Positions 24,759 through 38,569 of a stretch of DNA of 64,000 nt are shown here, piece by piece; within the stretch, counting starts at the first letter, position 1, and each line of letters starts with the position of its first letter. Made by a program: the position numbers and the translations under genes. Source of the stretch: Azolla caroliniana (Eukaryota; Plantae; Polypodiophyta); assembly GCA_043228905.1 (NCBI GenBank), contig JBHGNT010000013.1, positions 7,440,001 through 7,504,000 of the forward strand. Direction: 5' to 3'. The notes beneath the pieces are model-generated. The model ran no database searches. It was not told the DNA's origin and saw only the letters and a list, made by a program, of their open reading frames with translations.

Positions 24759-27248
24759 TATTGAGATACAAGCTCAACATTGGTCGGATTGGCTATGCAA
24801 GCCGAGAACCGGATCGGTTGGGATTGATCGGTTAGGCCGGACCGGTGCATAAACCGGGTGCGTAAACCGGTGCGCAGATCGGTATGCAACGAGAAGCCGT
24901 AGCGGTGCGTAAACTGCGAGACCGTTGGAAAGATATTCCTCATAGGAATATATTTTGGGAGTTAGTGTAGAGCTCACTTATGAGCATTGAAGTACGTGTC
25001 AGTCCGTATGGACTTCTATAAAAGTGCTCGCTGACCACATCCTATGTACAAATTGAGTATTATTTTGAATTGAATTTCGGTGTGTCTTCTCTCTCTGTGT
25101 GTGTCTCTCCCGTGTACTGTGTATATTCAAGCTCTCCATTAAACCTACGTTTTTGTGTTTGGTTTTCTATTGCTTCCGCACACTATTCTTTTTACATGGT
25201 ATTAGAGCGCGAGGGTTGAGAACCTCTGCAACCAACATAGCTTGAAAGGAAAACCACCCAAGAAGAGCAGGTAAAACTGATGGATAGAGGCATGGCTAGC
25301 TCACTTCCAACAGAGAAACTCGACAGAAACAACTATGCGTCTTGGTCTTACAAGATGCACCAATACCTGCTCGGGCACGGTTATTGGAGCTATGTCGACA
25401 GAGCAAATGACACAGCACCCGATTCGACACACAAAGATTTCCCGGCATGGGAATAGTCGGCAAGCAGAGTTCTCTACTGCTTCACGTCTTGTGTGGGCGA
25501 ACAACTTTTGAGCTATATTTGGGATGCGAAAACACTGAAGGATGCTTGGGGAAATCTGAAGAAGATTTTCGCCACAAGCACCATAGCCAGGAAGCTTCAA
25601 CTCCGACAAGAACTAAGCAACTTACGACAACGCAACTTGTCGGTGGCTGATTACACCTCGAAGATCAAAGAGATATGTGACTCCTTAGCCTCCACTGATG
25701 TGAACGTCGAGGAAGGTGAGATGGTGTAGATCTGTCTCAGGGGACTGGCATCGAAGTTCGGAGTGTTCGAAATTGTTGTGTGTACACAAGAGAATAGGTC
25801 GTCGTTTTTCGACCTACAGTCGATGCTCCTTATAAAGGAGAACCATGTGGGTGCGTCGACAAGTACGCATGCCGATAGCAAGATGTTGTACACAGTGTCG
25901 TGAAGATTTTCGTCCATAGGGGGAAAACCAAGCGGAGTGAGCAAAACTGGGGTGTGCAACGTTGCACACGCACATGATGTATTTGTAAAATATTAATAAG
26001 AACAAATGTAAATTGTAAGAAATTCACCACAAGATTCCTAAAATGTAAATGTGATGTGCACTTATGTGCACATCCACATGAGAAAGAGAGGCGTACATAG
26101 GAGTACGAGGTGAGTAAGGGGCATATTAGTATCTGTGAGGAGTGGGAGTTAAGGCCCCAAGAATCTAAGCAAATATCCCCCATTGAATGAAGGGGATATT
26201 TAGTCCCTCCCTTTTGTAACGACTTTCTCTCCTTATGCTATAAAAGGAGAGGAAGGGGCACCATTGAAGGGGTTGCCTATTTTGAGTGAGAAGAGGTATA
26301 CCACTTAGGTCGAGGGTTTCTTTTAGGGTTTCTTCTAGGGTTTCTTCATTTCTTTCTTTACTGATCCGATTAGGGTTTACATTCTACTTATGTTTTGAGT
26401 CCGGCCCACGCGGCTCCAGTTGTAATCGCATTGAGGCTTTCATGCCCATAATATACATAACTTCTTAAATCTTTTCTCTTTCTACTTTCTCTACTGTGTT
26501 AATCTCTTCCACTTTGCTCATACCCGTCTTCCCATCTACTCCCTAGTCCAAGACCCCCGTGGTCCCGCCTTATTCTACACGCACGCACAGAAATACGCGA
26601 CAACAGAAGGAGATAGGCCCCGTGGTCATGGCGGATGAGGCGAGTCAGCACACAATGGAAGCGACCGACGAGATCAAGGAAGAAGGCACCAAAGTGATGC
26701 CGACAGCAACTCCGGACCCTCCGGAAACATGGGGAGTCGAGGCGATGATAACCGGCAAGGGAAATCCGCCACAAAATGTTGGTACTATGGCAAGAAAGGC
26801 CACATGGAGAGCAAGTGTAGGAAAAAGCGCGCCGATTCGGAGAGAACCGGGTCCAAATCAGGTTCCGGACAGACCAACAAAGGAAATCGACAGCGATCGC
26901 ACTACTCCGAAGGACCCAGAAGAGCCGGAAGAGGATCAGCGTTCGTGACGAGACACAAAGCAAACTCGATGAAGAAGATCACCCCAAAGTCGGATGAGGT
27001 GTGGTACGTCGACTCCGGCGCGTCAAACCACATGACGTGCCACAAGGAGTGGTTCTCGTGCCTGGAAAAACCGATGCAACCAGGAGTAGTCGCAACCGGA
27101 GACAACACTCTGCATCCGATCGCGAATGTCGGTGAAGTTCCCCTAAGCCATGTTGGGCAGAAAAGGAAACTCATGAACGTGTTACACGTCCCGACAATCA
27201 CAAAAAACCTGGTGTCGGTCAGACAGATCGTCGACTAGGGGATGCAGG
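24759..27248 (+). mobile_element. Ty1/copia family A, copy 2, 3'-truncated (LTR 24759-25196, gag, protease)
   Basis: PBS TGGTATTAGAGC at 25197-25208. Gag EKLDRNNYASWSYKM and protease WYVDSGASNH. Confidence 0.88.
25896..26602 (+). mobile_element. Solo LTR related to the tRNA-Trp gypsy family
   Basis: TGTCGTG...CGCGACA termini like those at 3144/4333. 4-bp TSD ACAG at 25892-25895 and 26603-26606. Interrupts copia gag. Confidence 0.88.
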
Positions 27249-27469
27249 ATATGTCGACTGTTGTGGATACTAGCCGGCCTATCTCCAGATATGTTATAAC
27301 TTATGCTAGGGGAGTTGTATCGTGCCTGTCGAGGTTGCAGAAGTCCTTTGCACTGTCGACAACAGAAGCGAAGTATATTGTGGCTGCAGAAGCCGGTAAA
27401 GAGGTAATCTGGATGAAGGACTTCATTGGAGAGCTGGGGATCCGACAGAAAGAATTCTCGCAAAAAATG

Positions 27470-30398
27470 TGTCACGAACGGGTGGATGAGGCTAAACACT
27501 AAGAGAGAGGAAAAGCATAAGCAAGAGAACAAGACTGTCACAGACAAGTAGACGAGGCTCAATACTAAGAGATGACGGGAGAGAGAGAATAGACAAGAGA
27601 AGAACAACTGAATTATGCTTTCGTAACTGATGTTGTTCACCTTGATTGTAATCAAGGTGCACCCGAGTGTTTATACAAGATAGTTGGAGTTTGTGGGCTC
27701 CCGTGGTTTTTCCCGATTAGAACATCTTGTGTCGCCTTATTTTTCTGTTTTTGCGGTTTTCTTCCATTGTGAGTTTGAGACTCGGTTGTGACCGAGCACT
27801 GTTCCACACACTTACATAGGTAGTCGGTTTTGATACAAATTGGCATCCATTCGGATCGGTACATCTTTCTGGATCTAACACCCCCTTAACATAATATCCA
27901 TCAATATTGTTAATTATCCTAGTTATCCGATATACGTATTCACACTCTTTCCTGATTGTCTTCCGGATCTACAAACCTTCGGCTCTACTTCTATGGGCAA
28001 CAAGGCTCGAGGATTGGGTTTTCGAGCTTTGTTCCCACATATCATACAACCTTAGGCATTTGTCCTAGTTCGGAATGGTTTCCCAACTATCCTACTTCTA
28101 ACCCATTAAAATAAGTTAGAGAATTAGTCTGTCATATTATTTATATAACAATATGTGGGCCTCCTTTGGTAGAGGGTTCTAATATATCATCTTAGACGTA
28201 TTCATATAACAATATGTGGGCCTTCTTGCAGATCGATCGTACAGTGGTAGCCTCGATGCTCAAGCAAGCGATCAGGATTCTTTTTCTCAAACACGTCCCT
28301 AAAGTCTTCATACTTGGACGATAGTGAGTCGGCAGTTGTCCTCATTCGATTGCTCGACTCAGAGGCACTATGCACTATTTTCCTTGTTGTGACTAGGACG
28401 TGAGCATCGACCTTGGAGATCATTCCTGCTTTAATGGGAGGGTGAGCGCCTGAAACCGATATTGCTGCTACAACATGAGATACTGCTTGCACCTCTGAGC
28501 TGGTTTCGGAGAAAGTAATTGAGTGATTGCGCCAATCGACATGTGGATTTTGTGCCTTTAGCTAAGGAAAACCAAGGATGACCGGATGTCACGGTGAAGT
28601 GATAACATAAAACGTTAAGACCTCCTGGTGGTCCCCAAACTATAAGACAAGTGGGATAGTGGCTTCGGTGACTACTCTAGAAGAAAGCATGTGCCCATCG
28701 ATAGATTCCACTAGGATTGTCTTGGACAATTGGAAATTGGTGTTTACGAACGAACCTTTCGTCCATAGTCGCCCCGGAATGAGAAGTGCTAAGGACCTAA
28801 TTGAAATCGAATTGAAATGGATACTTACCGGAAAGGAGAAATCTTCTATCGATGTAGCCGAACTATGGGAGCAACACGAATGCAGATTGTCCAACCACAT
28901 GGCTCCTACTGTAGTTGGACACCGTCGTTTTCCTGTTGTTGGGGTTGTCGTATTGTTTGTAGATATTTGTTTTTGATTATTCTTGATTGGGCAGAAACGA
29001 ATTAGGTGGGTGGATGCACCACAATATAAACATAGTCCATTGGTTCGGTGATACCTCCGTTCAACCTAGGTGAGTGGAGGGGCACGCCCAATCAATTTCC
29101 ATCCGCACGAGGTCATCGTACGATGACGATGGAGGAGATCTCGAAGATGGTTTCCACCTTGAAGTTGCTCATTCCTCTTGACAAAGCTCAAACAACCGAT
29201 TGTCACAACAAACTGCATGCGTGATGGCTTGCGACAATGATGTAGGCTCCAAAAATTTTAGTAAATTTTTAATTTCGCTTCGAAGGCCCTGAAGAAATTG
29301 GTCGCAGAGCGCTTGGCCATCCCCCTGAACATCACATGCTAATTGTCTAAATTCAGAGGCATAAACGGATACCGGGCACATACCTTGATGCAATGAATAG
29401 AGTTTGGTAATGGTAGTTCAATGTCAGTCCGTATCCCCAAATGTTGCCTCGAACTCTACCAGAAAGGCATGAAAATTTTGTAGAAGTGATGAAGTTACGA
29501 CCAACGGTGCAAACCAAGCTTGTGCAACTCTTGACAAAAGGGTTCCGATGGGACCAACTAGACGAAAATCATCCGCATATTGTTAAAGTTGTAGTTGGAT
29601 AATAAGTTTAATCTTATTTATGAACCCTCGGAAGTGCTTACTTGTGCCATCGAACTTGTTAGGTAAGCTAATCTTGGGCTCATACTTGTAGTGGGATGGG
29701 GAGGAGTTGGAGAAAGTCTAGACGAGGGACCAGGCTCTATAGGTAGAACATTTTTTGATGCAGGACGAGAATTGTTTTTTTCTTTAAGTTCCATCGGTGT
29801 TCCAACTTGAAGCTTCCGTAACGATTCCCAAAGGTTGTCATTCTCAAGTTGAAGTTGATGCATGGCTTCCATGAGCTGATTTATTCTCTCGGTAAGATCT
29901 GACATGTTGAGGCTTAGAAAATGGGAAGGTGAACAAACTATCACGAGAGGATAGATGAGGCTAAATACTAAGAAAGAGGGAGAGGAGAGCATAAGCAAGA
30001 GAACAAGAATGTCACGGACAAGTAAACGAGGCTCAATGCTAAGAGGTAGCGTGAGAGAGAGAATAGACAAGAGAACAAGAACTGAATTATGCTTTCGTAA
30101 TTGATGTTGTTCACCTTTATTGTAATCAAGGTGCACCCGAGTATTTATACAAAAATGTGGAGGTATGCATACAAGCTAGAAAACTTCTAGAGATTACATA
30201 GAAACTTCTAGAGAGTGCATGAAGATGCATTCTCTAGAAGGTTATTCAAAGTTCTAGTGATCAATCTACAATGTAATTAGTTGAATCTTATACAATACAA
30301 TAATGCATAGATAGATGTAGCTCAACTAGTAAGGTTGCCCAATAAGACAAAGAGGTCATGGGTTCAACACAATTTCATGTGGCATCCTGCCTATGACA
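27470..30398 (-). mobile_element. Ty3/gypsy chromovirus-like (Tcn1/Tf1-like) element. 5' LTR 29939-30398, partial 3' LTR 27470-27679, gag and protease remnants
   Basis: LTR similarity between 27470-27679 and 29939-30150. Gag YASEFRQLACDV..ALCDQF..GL. Zinc knuckle GLCLYCG. Self-complementary PBS instead of a tRNA PBS. No matching TSD found. Confidence 0.8.
27680..28190 (+). repeat. ~510-bp dispersed duplicate of 36590-37091
   Basis: Colinear similarity from ATAGTTGGAGT to GAGGGTTCTAAT.ATCAT, spanning an LTR end and its flank. Confidence 0.88.
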
Positions 30399-30809
30399 GA
30401 ACCCGGCTTACCACTCCCGGACCAAGCACATCCAGAGGAGATATCAGTATCTCCGTGACGAAGATCCATACGAAGGAGAACGAGTCGGACATGCTAACCA
30501 AGGTGTCGTCATCCGACAAACTGGACGTGTTCAGGAGACGGATCGGATTGACAAGACATCCCATGTCGGAGTGAAGGGGGAGCTTGTTGCGAATTCGGTC
30601 CCTCCGGATGGGATCTAGACGAGCTGAAGGAAGGAACTGTACCGGACATTACGGATCCGGTGTGAACCGGATCGAGGGACATATCTGTAACTATGTTTCC
30701 AGTGTGCCTATCTTGGCCATATTTGTAGATAGTCCTATATTCATGCAACTATAAATATGACTTAGGGCAACCACTTTGGTAGAGTTGTATGATGTTAGTT
30801 ATTATTATC

Positions 30810-33800
30810 TATTGAGATACAAGCTCAACATTGCGTCAACCGGTGCGCAACAAGAGGCCGGATCGGTGCGGAAATCGGGAGGCCGTTGAACAGATATTCC
30901 GCGAGGGAATATATTTGGGAGTTAGTGCAGGAGCTCAGTTATGAGCATTGAAGTACGTGTGAGTACTTCTGTCAGTCCGTATGAACTTGTATAAAAGTGC
31001 TCTCTGAGCACATCCTATATATAGAGTTTTTACACATTATTCGAATAGAGTTTTTCTGTGTGTTTTTCCCTCTCTTTCTCTCCCGCGTACATTATGTCTT
31101 AAGCTCTCCATTAAACCTGTTTTTTTCCTCTCTCGGTATTCTGTGTTTCGTATAGCTTCCGCACGTAACATTTCACATTATATAAGAGCGCGAGGGTTGA
31201 GAACCTCTGCGGCCGACTTCAGCTCGAAACAAAAAAAGCAAACCTAATCTCGGTGAAGAACAGAAAGGAAAAAAAATGGATAGAGGTATGGCTAGTTCGC
31301 TTCCAACTTAGAAGCTCAACAGAAGTAACTACGCATCTTGGTCATACAAGATGCACTAGTCCTTGCTCGGACATGGATACTACAGCTATGTCGATGGAGC
31401 AAGTGATGGAGCACCCGAATCGACACACAGAGCCGTCCCAGCCTGGGAAGAGTCGGTGAGCAGAGTTCTCTACTGCTTCGCGTCCTGTGTGAGCGAACAA
31501 CTATTGAGCTACATTCGGGATGCAAGAATGCCGAAGGATGCTTGGGGAAATCTGGAAAAGATTTTCGCCGCAAGCACCACAACCTGGAAGCTCCAACTCC
31601 GATAGGAGTTGAGCAATGTGCATCAACGCGACATGACGGTGGCTGACTACACCTCCAAGATAAAGGATATATGTGACTCCCTCGCCTACATCGATGTGAA
31701 TGTTGAGGAGGGAAAAATGGTGTAGATCTGCCTCGGAGGATTGGCGTCGATGTTCAGATCATTCCGAACTATTGTTTGTACAAGGGAGAATACGCCGTCG
31801 TTTTTCGACTTGCAGTCGATGCTCCTTGTAGAGGAGAATCACGCAGCTGCGTCAATGAGTACGCACGCTGACAACAAGATGTTGTACACGAAGGGAGATA
31901 GGCCCCGTGGTCATGGCGGACGAGGCGGGTTGGCGCGCAATGGAGGCGGCCGACAAGAGCAAGGAAGAAGGCATCGTGGTGATGCTGATAGCAATTCCGA
32001 ACTCTCCAGAAGCAAGGGGAGTCGAGGAGGCAACGGGAAACGACAAGGGAAACACGCCGCAGAATGTTGGTATTGTGGGAAGAAAGGTCACAAGGAGAGC
32101 GAGTGCTGGAAGAAACGCGCCCAGTCGGAGAAAACCGGATCAGGATCCGGACAGACCGAACAAGGAAATCGGCAGCGATCGCACTATGCTTAAGGATCCG
32201 AAAAAGTCGGAAAGGGTGCAGCCTTCATGACAAGACACGAAATGAACTCGATGAAGTAGACCACCCCAAAATCAAACGAAGTGTGGTACGTTGACTCCGG
32301 AGCGTCAAACCATATGACAAGTCATAAAGAATGGTTCTCATATCTGGACAAACCGGAACAACCAGGAGTAGTCGCAACAGGAGACGACACTCCGCATCAG
32401 ATCGTACATGTCGGTGAAGTTCCCCTCAGCCACATAGGGAAAACGGGGAAGCTAATGAACTTTTTACACATGCTGACAATTACGAAGAATCTTGTGTCAG
32501 TCGAACAGATCATCGACCATGGGATGCAAATCTGGTTCACGCATCTCGGGTGCTTCATCGAGGAAGAAGGCCAAGTTATTGCGCAAGGGTGCAGAGATGG
32601 GAGGATGTTCATCCTCGACACCAATGATGTAGTCACCACCATGTTCGCGAAAGGGCAAAAAGTTGAAGTCGGTTATTGACTTGTGGCATAAGCGGATAGG
32701 CCAGGTCAACTACCAAAGGCTTCAGGACTTGCAATCGAAATAAGTTGTGTTCAAATTACCGAAATTCAGTGCTCGAAAGGCCCAAATTTCTGAAGCCTGC
32801 CAACTAGGGAAGCAACACCAACTTCCTTTCCCCAACGAGCATAATCGGAACCGAAATAAGCTTGACTTGATACATTCATATGTATGGGGATCGGCACTGA
32901 ACGTGAGTCTTGGCAGGAGCGATATTTCGTCTCCTTCATCGACGACTACACCCGGCACACATGATCTACCTCATCGAAAAGAAGAGTGAAGTCTTTGACT
33001 ATTTCCGGAACCTCAAAAATCTTGTCGAAAGGGAAACAGGGAGGAAGATCAAGTGTCTACGGTCAGATGGTAGAAAAGAGTACTTTTCCAGACAATTCAA
33101 CGGTTATTTGCAACAAATGGGAATTCGGTGTGAATTCAGTTGCAGGTATACGCCAGAGAAGAACGACGTAGCTGAAGGAAGAATCGGTCGGTTGTGGAAG
33201 TGGCGCGGGAAATGTTGGAAGAAAAGTGCATGCCCAAGTTCTATTGGGCCGAAGCGGTCCGAACCCCAGTCTACATCCAGAATCGGATCGAAGAAAAAGT
33301 GTCGGCACATGAGCTGTATTTCGGAAGGAAGCCGAATCTACGACACTGGAGGGTTTTCGGTAGCATCGCGTATGTGCATGTGCTAAAGGAGAAGCGGAGG
33401 AAGCTGGATGCGAAAACTGAGGAGTGTATCTTGGTTGGCTACTTGGACGAACAAAAGGGTTATAAGTATTATAACCCCCGAACCAAACAAGCTCGCGTAA
33501 GTCACGATGTCGTATTCGATGAGTCCGCGTCTTGGTATTTGCCTCCGACTCCGGACCTCAGTTCCAATCCGTGTTCTGAAGATGAGGTCAACGAGGCTAA
33601 GATGTCTCCTGATGAACGCGATGTCGGAACTCTTGAAGAGAGTCCGATTTCATTTTGGCTAAGTGGACCGAATGAGGACTGAGTTGGTTTGACTAGTCAG
33701 ATGAAGAGTCGGCGAGTAGTGGACACTCGGCCGTGCATTCCCCGCGCAGAAAGCCGAAGAGACGGCTTACGCGCAAAGAAAAGGGAAAGCAAAAGATGTC

Positions 33801-36456
33801 GGAGTATGACACAGATAGGGACGAGTCGGATGGACGCGAATCTGACCACAAGAAGAGCGATGATGGACCTTCAAGAGAGAAGTCTGTGTCGGCCAGAATG
33901 GCCTCAACATCGGTTAATGAGCAGTTATGCCGATATACCCGCCAGAAGAACCCTGTTGTGCGGTTCGGATACAAGGAGTACATGGCGCAAAACTATGCGT
34001 ACATGACACGCGTAGCGGAAGTGCGTGAGCCGGAGAGCTACGCAGAAGCGGCAAAGGATGCGAATTGGCATGCCGCCATGGAGGAAGAGATGAACGCACA
34101 TGTGGAGATTGAAACCTGGGAACTGGTTGATGCCGCCAAGGGTGTAAGGCCGATTGGATGCAGGTGGGCGTACAAGGTCAAGTACAACACCGAAAGCTCG
34201 GTCAACCGATACAAGGCCCGACTAGTAGCAAAAGGCTACGCGCAGCAACATGGCATCAATTACGATGAGACGTTTGCGCCGGTCGTGAAGATGACGACCG
34301 TTTGTGTTTTGCTTATGGTAGCTGCGGCGAAGGGGTGGCTCTTACATCAGATGGATGTAAAGAATGTGTTCCTCAAGGTGAACTTGAGGAACAAGTGTAC
34401 AAGGTACAACCCCCCGAATTTCACTCTGAAACGAACACTTCGGCGGTATGCTGGTTGAAGAAGTCCCTTTACGGACTAAAGCAAGCCCCGCGTGCCTGGA
34501 ACGTGAAGATCACGCAACGATTGCGTCGGATAGGATTTGCGACATCCAAATCAGACTCTTCATTGTTCGTCCGGCATGGTCGACTTGGGCCGGTTAGTAT
34601 TTTACTTTATGTCGATGACTTGGTCATCACCAGCGTTGACTTAGGTGAATTTGACCCCGTAAAGCTCTAGCTTGCGGCATCATTTGATATGAAGGACCTG
34701 GGGGACCTTCATTACTTTCTCACGATGGAAGTGATCCGAACCCTCGAAAGCATAATGATCAGTCAACGGCATTACGTAATGAGTATGCTCTTCAAGTTCG
34801 GGATTGCAGACTATAAGTCCATTTCAACTCCTCTTGACAGAACCGTGAAGCCTCACCCCAACTCCAGAAAGGTCTACGACCCGAAAAGGTTCTGACAGAT
34901 TGTCAGAAGCTTTATATACTTGACTATTACCCGACCGGACCTCAATTACCCGGTTGGCTTGATTAGTCAGTACATTGCACGGCCAACCGAGGAGCACCTT
35001 CATTGCGCGCAACGAATACTCAGGTACATTAGTGGCACTAAGGACCGGGGGCTACTATATCAGACCTATATTGCCGCGCAGCTAGTCGGCTGTACAGATG
35101 TTGACTGGGCCGGAAACGTCGGCGATCCAATCCACATCCAGATTCGCATTCTCCCTTGGGAGCGCCACGCTCGCGTGGAGTAGCAAGAAGCAACCTACTG
35201 TTGCATTGTCGAGCACAGAGGCCGAGTATCGAGGAGCGGCTATCGCAACATGCGAAGCCATATGGCTGAAGCGGCTACTTAAGGATCTGCAGGTGGAGGT
35301 GTCCGATCCGATGAAGATCTATTGCGACAACCTCAGCAGCATCCAACTTGCAAAGAACCCCGTCTTTCACGCCCGGACTAAGCACATTGAGGTGCACTAC
35401 CACTTTGTCCCCGAGTGTGTCCTCTCTGGTGAAGTCGAACTTCAGTATGTTCCAACGGATCGGCACAATGCCGTCATCTTCACCAAGCCCCTTGATCTAG
35501 ACAAGTTGCGGCAATTCTTAGGTGCGCTTTGGTTGCGGCACGTTGAAGTTCCGAACTTGAGGGGGAGAAAAAGTCTCGCAAGACCACGGAGAGAAGCATG
35601 AATGGAGCGGAAGTGACCGCGACATCAAATCGGATGACGAATTTCATTTAGTGTCGGCTGAAGAAGCCGAAGGCGGATCCGCAAAAGAGTTTGGAATTGG
35701 ACGAGAAGGTAACAACCGAAAGAAAGAACCGGAGCCAGCCAAGCATGGGGGAGATGAAGCCAACAAGGCGAGAAGGCCAAGATTGAGGACGAATTGGAGA
35801 TAGCCAATTCAAACAAAATCAGAGACGAATCAAAGGCAACCAATTTGGCTCGGATGTTTGATTCGGAGACGCTGATTCAACTGAAGGCCAAGCGGAAGAA
35901 AGGGCAGCAGAAGAAGCGCCAACACCGTGACAACAAGGGAGCAGGAAAAGGCCGAACAAGAAGACAACTCGACCGTAACGGTCGAGGCGCGTGTAATCGA
36001 ATGGGTCAAGGAGTGCGAACGAAGCGTGAAGTCAAGAGAAACCGGACTGAAGGACCGGAAGAGCCTCAAGTTGAGCTTGAGGGGGAGTGTTGAGATACAA
36101 GCTCAACATTGCGTAAACTAGTGCGCAACAAGAGGCCGGATCGGTGCGGAAACCGAGAGGCCGTTGAACAGATATTCTGTGAGGGAATATATTTGGGAGT
36201 TAGTGCAGGAGCTCAATTATGAGCATTGAAGTACGTGTCAGTATTTCTGTCAGTCCGTATAGACTTGTATAAAAGTGCCCTCTGAGCACATCCTATATAC
36301 AGAGTTTTTACACATTATTCGAATATAGTTTTTTCTGTGTGTTTTTCCCTCTCTTTCTCTCCCGCGTACATTATGTCTTAAGCTCTCCATTAAACTTGCT
36401 TTTTTCCTCTGTCGGTATTCTGTGTTGCGCATAGCTTCCGCACGTAACATCTCACG
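30810..36456 (+). mobile_element. Ty1/copia family A, copy 3, full-length and decayed. LTRs 30810-31177 and 36088-36456
   Basis: 5-bp TSD TTATC at 30805-30809 and 36457-36461. Degenerate PBS at 31178-31190. All gag-PR-INT-RT-RH motifs present. PPT TTGAGGGGGAG. Confidence 0.93.
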
Positions 36457-38105
36457 TTATCGTTGTATAGACACAGAGAGCGAGAGAAAAAAACAGAAAG
36501 TATCTTCTGTTGTAATTGCCGGTTGGCGAAGACATAGAGCTCGAGGTCATTGCTTTTGAGTCTTGCATTGTATCCCTCTTCTCATAGACATAGTTGGAGT
36601 CTGTGGGCTCCCGTGGTTTTTCCTAATTATAACATATTGTGTCCCCTTATTTGTCTATTTTTCCTATTTTCTTCCATTGTGAGTTCGAGATTTGGTTGTG
36701 GCCGAGCACTATTCCGTATAGGTAGCCGATTCTGATACAAATCGGTGTCCATTCAGATCAGTACATCTTTCCGGATCTACCACCCCTTAACATAATATCT
36801 ATCAATATTCATAATTATCCTAGTTATCCGGTATACGTATTCACACTCTTTCCGGACTATCTTCTGGATCTACAAACCTTCGGCTCTACTTCTATGGGCA
36901 ACAAGGTAGAAGGATCGGGTTTTTTAGCTTTGTTCCCACATATCATACAACCTTAGCCATTTGTCCTAGTTCCGAATGGTTTCCCAACTATCCTACTTCT
37001 AATCCATTAAAATAACTTAGAGAATTAGTCTTTCATATTATTCATATAACAATATGTGGGCCTCATTTGGTAGAGGGTTCTAATAGATCATGTTGGTAGT
37101 AGGGCTAGCATTCTCATGTTAAATGTGGTGTTGATGTCAATATTGGGGTTATAGTCCATATTATGACACTTGCAAGAACAATGTGACTTGGTGACATCAT
37201 CATAGTCAAACAAATTCGATATGCTTGTTTGGTACAAGGTGAGCGGTTCATTATGATCGCTAGTGATATCTGTGGGTTCCAATGTTATCTCCAATAATGG
37301 TGGTCAACTTGAGCTTACGAAGAGCATGCCAATAACTTTAAAATGACTCAAGCGTGAGCAACGATAAGTACATAGTTCACTCCAATGCTAAGATGCTTTC
37401 AAGCACAAGAAACTATGGTTGGCAATATTAAGAACTTGAAGTAATTTAATTCCTTGGCCCTACATAGAGTTATGGGCCGAGCATAATGATGGTCTCAAAA
37501 ATATCCTTTGACTTTTTAAGCTCTTATATGTTGTACTATAAAGCCAAGACCACATAGAATTGAACACCCGAAACTTTCAAAGTGTGATCTTATCTACAAA
37601 GAGAATCGTCGAAATGAAGGAGGCTTTGTAGAAGATTGAAAAACACATTAAAACTATAGTCTGACCAATGGTGATATTTTTACACTTGTGGGCTAATATG
37701 ACATGCACATAATGGAAGGATGTTGTTTTGTTTGGCATCAATAAAAGTTGATAGGAAATCCAAAAGCTTTGAAGCAAATAGGATATCAACATGCTTATCA
37801 ACTAGATGAATTTTGACACGTAGGCTTTTCAGTTAAAACTTAAAGCAAGGACCAAACAAATGTGTATTCCCAAAATAGACAATGGTACTTTGTCACCCTA
37901 ACTTTCCTATTTTCGTCATACCTTTATCTTTTCAACCAATGACAGACATCCCTCCTAAGCTGTCAAACCTCAACAACAATCCTCTCCATAATGTTTTATG
38001 GGTCCAATGGCATCCATCTTATTAAGTTGTGTGTAACACCATATTTCTCAAGTGTTTGGAGTTTAGCATTCACTGTGGCCAGAGACACATACTTTAACCA
38101 CGGGC

Positions 38106-38326
38106 ACTCTCCCTTCTGAACGTCGTTGACTTATTTTTACTAATGTCATAACAATGCCAATGATATATGGTTTGCGTTCACTCTCTTGCTCAAGGAGTTT
38201 GTTCCACATCTTTAACTACCAACACTCTCCCTTCCGAACCTTGTTGACTTATTTTTACTAATGTCATATCAATGCCAATAATATATGGTTTGCATTCACT
38301 CTCCCCCTCAAGGAGTTTGTTCCACA
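38106..38326. repeat. Two-copy tandem repeat, ~118-bp period
   Basis: CTCTCCCTTC.GAAC...GTTGACTTATTTTTACTAATGTCAT...CTCAAGGAGTTTGTTCCACA occurs twice. Confidence 0.85.
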
Positions 38327-38569
38327 CACAATCTTTTTCTCCGATAGCCGATGAATGATATTCACCTATACTATGATAAAAGTCATTTATTCCAATAGAA
38401 GGGGCAAACCCAGATACATTCACTTGCCTCCTCACGGAGTTTGCTTTTTGTGGCTAACGGCTTCATAAGTTCTTTCCTATACACGCACATTACACCCCCA
38501 CAATCTTTATCATATGAAAAATGGCTTCTCTTTAACATTGGCTTGGGTGATGGATGGATGGGTCTACGT

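Larger units (their letters stand above)
27249..36720 (+). mobile_element. Copia RNase H end (27249-27469, 30399-30570), PPT and 3' LTR (30585-30809 plus 36462-~36720), interrupted by two inserts
   Basis: Peptides FALSTTEAKY and AYHSRTKHI. PPT GTGAAGGGGGAG at 30571-30582. LTR is related to 13397-14105. Confidence 0.75.

Noticed and set aside
37092-38100. Possible decayed coding or retroelement sequence
   Set aside because: No convincing motif or sustained reading frame by eye.
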